32,000 bases of DNA from Kiritimatiella glycovorans (lineage in GTDB: Bacteria; Verrucomicrobiota; Kiritimatiellia; Kiritimatiellales; Kiritimatiellaceae): NCBI RefSeq assembly GCF_001017655.1, contig NZ_CP010904.1:1650001-1682000 (forward strand). Direction: 5' to 3'. Positions 28,063 to 32,000 of this stretch are shown here, one piece after another. The position numbers and the translations under genes are program-made. The notes under the pieces were generated by a model. That model saw only the letters and a list, made by a program, of their open reading frames with translations, was not told the DNA's origin and did not search any database. Positions within the stretch are counted from its first letter, which is position 1. Each line of letters starts with the position of its first letter.

Positions 28063-28847
28063 TGGAAATCATCATTCAATCCGGCAAAGAAGAAGCCTCG
28101 CTTGTCGCGGCCCGGCTGGTGGCGCGCCGACTGCGCGAGAAGCCGGATCTCGTGCTCGGCCTCGCCACGGGCGACACGCCCCGTGCAGTCTACCGCGAGC
28201 TGATTCGTATGCACCGCGAGGAAGGCCTCGATTTCGGTGCGGCGACGTCGTTCAATCTCGACGAGTACCTCGGACTGGCGCCGGATCATCCGCAGTCCTA
28301 CCACGCCTTTATGCGCCGCAACCTGCTCGATCACATCAATATTCCTCCCGAGCGGACCTACATCCCCGACGGCCGGACCACGGATGTCCCCGCGCACTGC
28401 GCCGCCTATGAAGAGAGCCTCCGTGCAGCGGGAGGGATCGATCTGCAGATCCTCGGCATCGGCGGCGGCGGACACATCGGGTTCAACGAGCCCGGCTCAT
28501 CACTCGCCTCGCGGACACGGATTAAAACCCTGACCGGGGAGACGATCGCCGACAACGCGCGCTTCTTCGACGAGGCGGCCGAGGTCCCGCATCACGTGCT
28601 TACGATGGGCATCGGGACGATTCTCGACAGCCGGGAGTGTGTCCTGCTCGCCTTCGGGGAACACAAGGCGGCAGCCGTGGCGCATGCGGTCGAAGGCCCC
28701 GTCAGCGCCTCGTGTCCCGCCTCGGCGCTCCAGCTCCATCCTCACGTCAAAGTCTTTCTCGACGAGGGCGCAGCGAAGAAGCTGGAACGGCGCGAGTACT
28801 ACCGCTGGGTATACGCGCGCAAACCGGCATGGCAGGGTTTCGAGTAA
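28062..28847 (+). CDS. nagB: Glucosamine-6-phosphate deaminase
   Basis: LGLATGDTPRAVY, FNLDEYLGL, LQILGIGGGGHIGFNEPGS, LTMGIGTIL and ASALQLHP. It overlaps the upstream stop by 1 nt (TGATG). Confidence 0.92.
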   Translation: MEIIIQSGKEEASLVAARLVARRLREKPDLVLGLATGDTPRAVYRELIRMHREEGLDFGAATSFNLDEYLGLAPDHPQSYHAFMRRNLLDHINIPPERTYIPDGRTTDVPAHCAAYEESLRAAGGIDLQILGIGGGGHIGFNEPGSSLASRTRIKTLTGETIADNARFFDEAAEVPHHVLTMGIGTILDSRECVLLAFGEHKAAAVAHAVEGPVSASCPASALQLHPHVKVFLDEGAAKKLERREYYRWVYARKPAWQGFE

Positions 28848-28953
28848 AGCGATTTTTGGAACTACTGAAATTTCTGCTATTCGCGTTCCCTGGCGCCCAT
28901 TGGCGGTTCCCCCCAGCCGGGAGCGGGAGTCCGCCTGATGCCTTCGCCGGAGA

Positions 28954-29850
28954 CTACTTCATCAGCAGCAGGCTGAGGGCCATAACCAGCATGCCGGCCA
29001 TCACACCGAAAAGGCTGTCGTGGCCCTTGCCATAGGCCCGGCTGGTGGGCAGCAATTCGTCGAGGCTGATATACACCATGACACCGGCCACGCCCCCGAA
29101 CAGGATGCCCATGATTTCCGGGGGAACCACGCCCGTGCCGCCTCCGAGAAAGAGCCGGATGGCGACATACGCTATGGCCGCCCCGATCGGTTCGGCCAGT
29201 CCGCTGAGGGTAGAGTAGAGGAAGGCCTTCCTGCGGTTGCCGGTAGCGTAGTAGATGGGAACGGAGACACTGATCCCTTCCGGTATATTGTGCAGGGCGA
29301 TAGCGACGGCAATGGCGAAACCCAAACCGGGATCCTGAAGCGCGGCCAGGAAGGTGGCCAGTCCTTCCGGAAAATTGTGGATCCCGATCGCCAGCGCGGT
29401 GAAGAGCCCCGTGCGCAGAAGTTTGGGGCTTGCACCGTGATCGTGTATGCCGGGATCATTCGCCTGTGTTTTCGACAGCACCTCGAAGGATGGTGCGGGC
29501 GCGGACGGATCGCGCAGGGGCCGAGTCTCAACTTCCGAGTGGGTCTCGTGCGGATTCTCCGCAGCCGGTATCAGGTTGTCGATCAGGCCGATCAGCAACA
29601 TGCCGCCAAAGAAGGAGCCCGCATTGACCCAGTGCGCCCCGACTTCTCCGAACCGCTCGACCAGCGATTCGACCCCCTTGAAGAAGATCTCGACGAAGGA
29701 TACGTACAGCATGACCCCTGCGGAGAAACCCGTCGCGACCGACAGGAAACGGTAGTTCGTTCTCCGGGCCGTGAACGCAATAACGCTGCCGATGGAGGTC
29801 GCCATGCCCGCCAGCAGCGTCAACCCGAAGGCAATCCATACGTCTTTCAT
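28954..29850 (-). CDS. zupT: ZIP-family zinc transporter
   Basis: [27 protein letters not shown] and [20 protein letters not shown]. It has a His-rich variable loop (HETH, HDH). Confidence 0.9.
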   Translation of the reverse strand: MKDVWIAFGLTLLAGMATSIGSVIAFTARRTNYRFLSVATGFSAGVMLYVSFVEIFFKGVESLVERFGEVGAHWVNAGSFFGGMLLIGLIDNLIPAAENPHETHSEVETRPLRDPSAPAPSFEVLSKTQANDPGIHDHGASPKLLRTGLFTALAIGIHNFPEGLATFLAALQDPGLGFAIAVAIALHNIPEGISVSVPIYYATGNRRKAFLYSTLSGLAEPIGAAIAYVAIRLFLGGGTGVVPPEIMGILFGGVAGVMVYISLDELLPTSRAYGKGHDSLFGVMAGMLVMALSLLLMK

Positions 29851-30035
29851 GGGGGCTTCTCCCGTTGGACATTCCTTCCATAATCACGGAACTCGAACAC
29901 GTCAGAAGGAACGCCTCCCGAACTGCGGTACCGAGTGCAGGATCGCACGGGAATGATTAGGGTTTCCTGACCTGGTTTACAATGAACGATTTGTTCCCAT
30001 CGCCCATAGAGATTCAGGCGGACTCCCTTCCCGCG

Positions 30036-32000
30036 CTATTCGCGCGCATCCTCGGCGTAACGGTGAAAAAGGTCTGCCGTGATGGCCACGGGATCGCCCG
30101 ACGGTTCGGTCGGGAACGGGTTACGCCTGCGACACCAGGCGGCCTCGAATTCGACCATATGCCGTTTTGCGGCGGCGCGATCGAAGGAGGCCCCCTCCGG
30201 CTGCGCGCGGAGATACTCCACAAACCGCTCCCATCGGGGGATATAGTAGTCGGATATCAGCCCCTGCCAGTGCCGGTAGGCGTAATCGCGAATATTCCTC
30301 TTTTCGCTGCCCCAGAGGGTAATGATGTTCCGGGCGTTGTATTCGTAGAGATCGGCGTCGTCGGGGTTGTCGGCGCGAGCACGGGCGGCGGCGATCCAGC
30401 GTCCGAGCAGAAACTCGTCCTGCGTCCCGATCAGACGTTCGACCTCCTCCATCTGCCGCCGGAACTCCCGAAACCGGGCCTCCATCCCGGCCCGATCGCC
30501 GTCTTCCCACGCCGCATGCATCGCCTGGACAACGTCGTGATTGCGGGCGGACATCAGGTCGCGCATGAGGCCGACGAGATCGAATTCATACTGCGGGTTT
30601 CCGGCGAGTTCCTTGCGGCAACCGAGCAACAGGGAAAGGGCGGTCCCGGCCAGTGCGCGTTCGCGAGGCTCAAGCGGCTGACCCCAGAACGTGCCCTCGG
30701 CCCACACACGGTCGGGGGCGTGAACCATCGGATCGAACGGAGCCCCGCGATCGAAGAGCGTCTCGCCGAGCAGCCGCCATGCCTCGCGAGCTTTGTCCAG
30801 TTTTCGTCCGTAGCGCGTGTCGGCGTACTGCCGGTACGTCTCATCCCGGTCGGGCACCTCGTCGCGCCAGTTCATCATCTCCATCATGACCGCGAAGTAC
30901 GCCGGCGTCGTGCTGAGCCCCTCCCCCGTGTACGCCGTGCCGCGCAGTCCCCGCGTCGCCGGACTGTCGAGAAGCTGGTGAAGCCGCGGCGCATTCTTAA
31001 ACGCGTGGCCGTGAAACCCGGTCTTGTTGCCGAAGTCGTGGACCGTGCTCCACAGCCAGGGATGACCGTTAAACCAGTCGAGTTCGACGGCCTTGCTTCC
31101 GCGCGACATATCGAGCACGAGCATCCTGTTCTGCGGCACCCCCCCGAACAGCGCCGCCCGCTGCGGCGCCTGCCAGAACGCGCCACGCCACTTGCCGTGG
31201 AACATCCACCCCTGGATCACCCAGACCGCATCGGGATTGTCCGCGCTCAGCCCCCCGTAGACGTTGCGCGACAAAGACTCCAGGTATGCGGGATCCTCGG
31301 TCGGCGGGATCGTCTCGATAAAGAGATCGACGGCGTAGTAGTCGGTCGGCCCGAACTGATCGTGGAGCAATTCGACGAACCGTTCCCCCATCGCCCGGAA
31401 TCGCGGGCTGGTCGGATCCAGGACCGAGACGTTCGGCGTCGGGCCGTACCATTGCACCGTGCCGGTCTCCACCCCGTGGCGTTCGCCGAAATCGGAGGGA
31501 ACGTGGCCGTTGAAGGCCGGGTAGACCGGGATCATGTTCAGTTCGCGCATCCGCGCGACGGTCTTCTTCTGCAGTTCGACACGCCCTTCGATCCATCCCT
31601 CCGGCATCGGACCGCCAAACCCGTCCATCTTCATCATGAAGGTCCACGGAAGATACGCCGGGCCGCCGAGAAAGGTCCGCGCCTCCTCGTCGCTGTACCC
31701 CTGCTCCATCAGCACTTCACGCCAGACCCATTCGTTCCCGGCGGGCGCGAGGGCCATATTCACCCCGTTCATCGCCAGCCAGTCGAGCAGCCGCTCGGTC
31801 CGGTCCCAGTCGTACCAGGGCAGGTCGTATCCGAAGGTGCAGAAGTTGAAAAACCAGCGCAGCTCGCCGTTGCTCACGTGCCGGATCTTCTCCGGCACGG
31901 GCGGGATCACCTCAGGCAGGGTGATCGTTTCGACGCGCCAGTCGGTCTCTTCGTGGGCGATATGGCGCAGATACCAGTTCAGCGCGGAGGCCATCGCCAC
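30036..32000 (-). CDS. GH89 alpha-N-acetylglucosaminidase (NAGLU-like); N-terminus lies beyond the right edge
   Basis: Long colinear similarity to human NAGLU as I remember it: DWLAMNGVNMALA, GGPAYLPW, GGPMPEGW, IPVYPAFNGHVP, WVIQGWMF, LVLDM, HDFGN, LYEYNARNIITLWG and YYIPRW. Confidence 0.9.
   Translation of the reverse strand: MAMASALNWYLRHIAHEETDWRVETITLPEVIPPVPEKIRHVSNGELRWFFNFCTFGYDLPWYDWDRTERLLDWLAMNGVNMALAPAGNEWVWREVLMEQGYSDEEARTFLGGPAYLPWTFMMKMDGFGGPMPEGWIEGRVELQKKTVARMRELNMIPVYPAFNGHVPSDFGERHGVETGTVQWYGPTPNVSVLDPTSPRFRAMGERFVELLHDQFGPTDYYAVDLFIETIPPTEDPAYLESLSRNVYGGLSADNPDAVWVIQGWMFHGKWRGAFWQAPQRAALFGGVPQNRMLVLDMSRGSKAVELDWFNGHPWLWSTVHDFGNKTGFHGHAFKNAPRLHQLLDSPATRGLRGTAYTGEGLSTTPAYFAVMMEMMNWRDEVPDRDETYRQYADTRYGRKLDKAREAWRLLGETLFDRGAPFDPMVHAPDRVWAEGTFWGQPLEPRERALAGTALSLLLGCRKELAGNPQYEFDLVGLMRDLMSARNHDVVQAMHAAWEDGDRAGMEARFREFRRQMEEVERLIGTQDEFLLGRWIAAARARADNPDDADLYEYNARNIITLWGSEKRNIRDYAYRHWQGLISDYYIPRWERFVEYLRAQPEGASFDRAAAKRHMVEFEAAWCRRRNPFPTEPSGDPVAITADLFHRYAEDARE

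Noticed and set aside
29965-29976. SRP (4.5S) RNA-like ACCAGGUCAGGA on the minus strand
   Set aside because: The match stops before the conserved GGUCCGGAAGGAAGCAGCC core, so there is no SRP-like helix 8.
29979-29995. Possible Zur box upstream of zupT (AAATCGT half-site)
   Set aside because: Only one half-site resembles the AAATCGTAAT-N-ATTACGATTT type consensus. The other half does not match, and the overall palindrome is only 4 bp.

Overview
High-GC bacterial chromosomal window, about two-thirds G+C by eye. The gene content and repeat style fit a PVC-type lineage (Verrucomicrobiota, Kiritimatiellota or Lentisphaerota), but that placement is only an inference. Most of it is housekeeping. 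Left to right: gyrB 5' end (-), tRNA-Leu(CAA), a SAM methyltransferase, and a small membrane protein. Then a co-directional minus-strand block: hybrid sensor kinase, an HprK/PEPCK-like P-loop protein, and a heparinase II/III-like protein with a CBM. Then pncA, an RRM RNA-binding protein, and a Cas4-like PD-(D/E)XK nuclease, followed by queH, a DUF218 protein, smpB and rpoZ. Then groEL, groES and dnaK, all on the minus strand, a tiny PUR-repeat protein, and thiL-rsmB. Then a tightly coupled amino-sugar operon (SSS transporter, ROK-like kinase, PIG-L deacetylase, nagB), zupT, and a partial GH89 alpha-N-acetylglucosaminidase. I saw no rRNA, CRISPR array, transposase, integrase, phage gene or recognisable defence or toxin module. 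Ordinary annotation does not explain the intergenic DNA. It is tiled by a mosaic of repeat modules: hairpins with GTACGA-hexamer arms, 9-nt tandem arrays, and a roughly 250-nt MITE-like element. One inverted pair of hairpin elements (about 95% identical) brackets the PUR-like gene and its own promoter. The other leads are the NagA-less amino-sugar operon and the uncharacterised P-loop protein next to glycosaminoglycan-type enzymes. None of these is proven to be a new system. All domain calls come from motif recognition by eye, and all alignments were done by hand.
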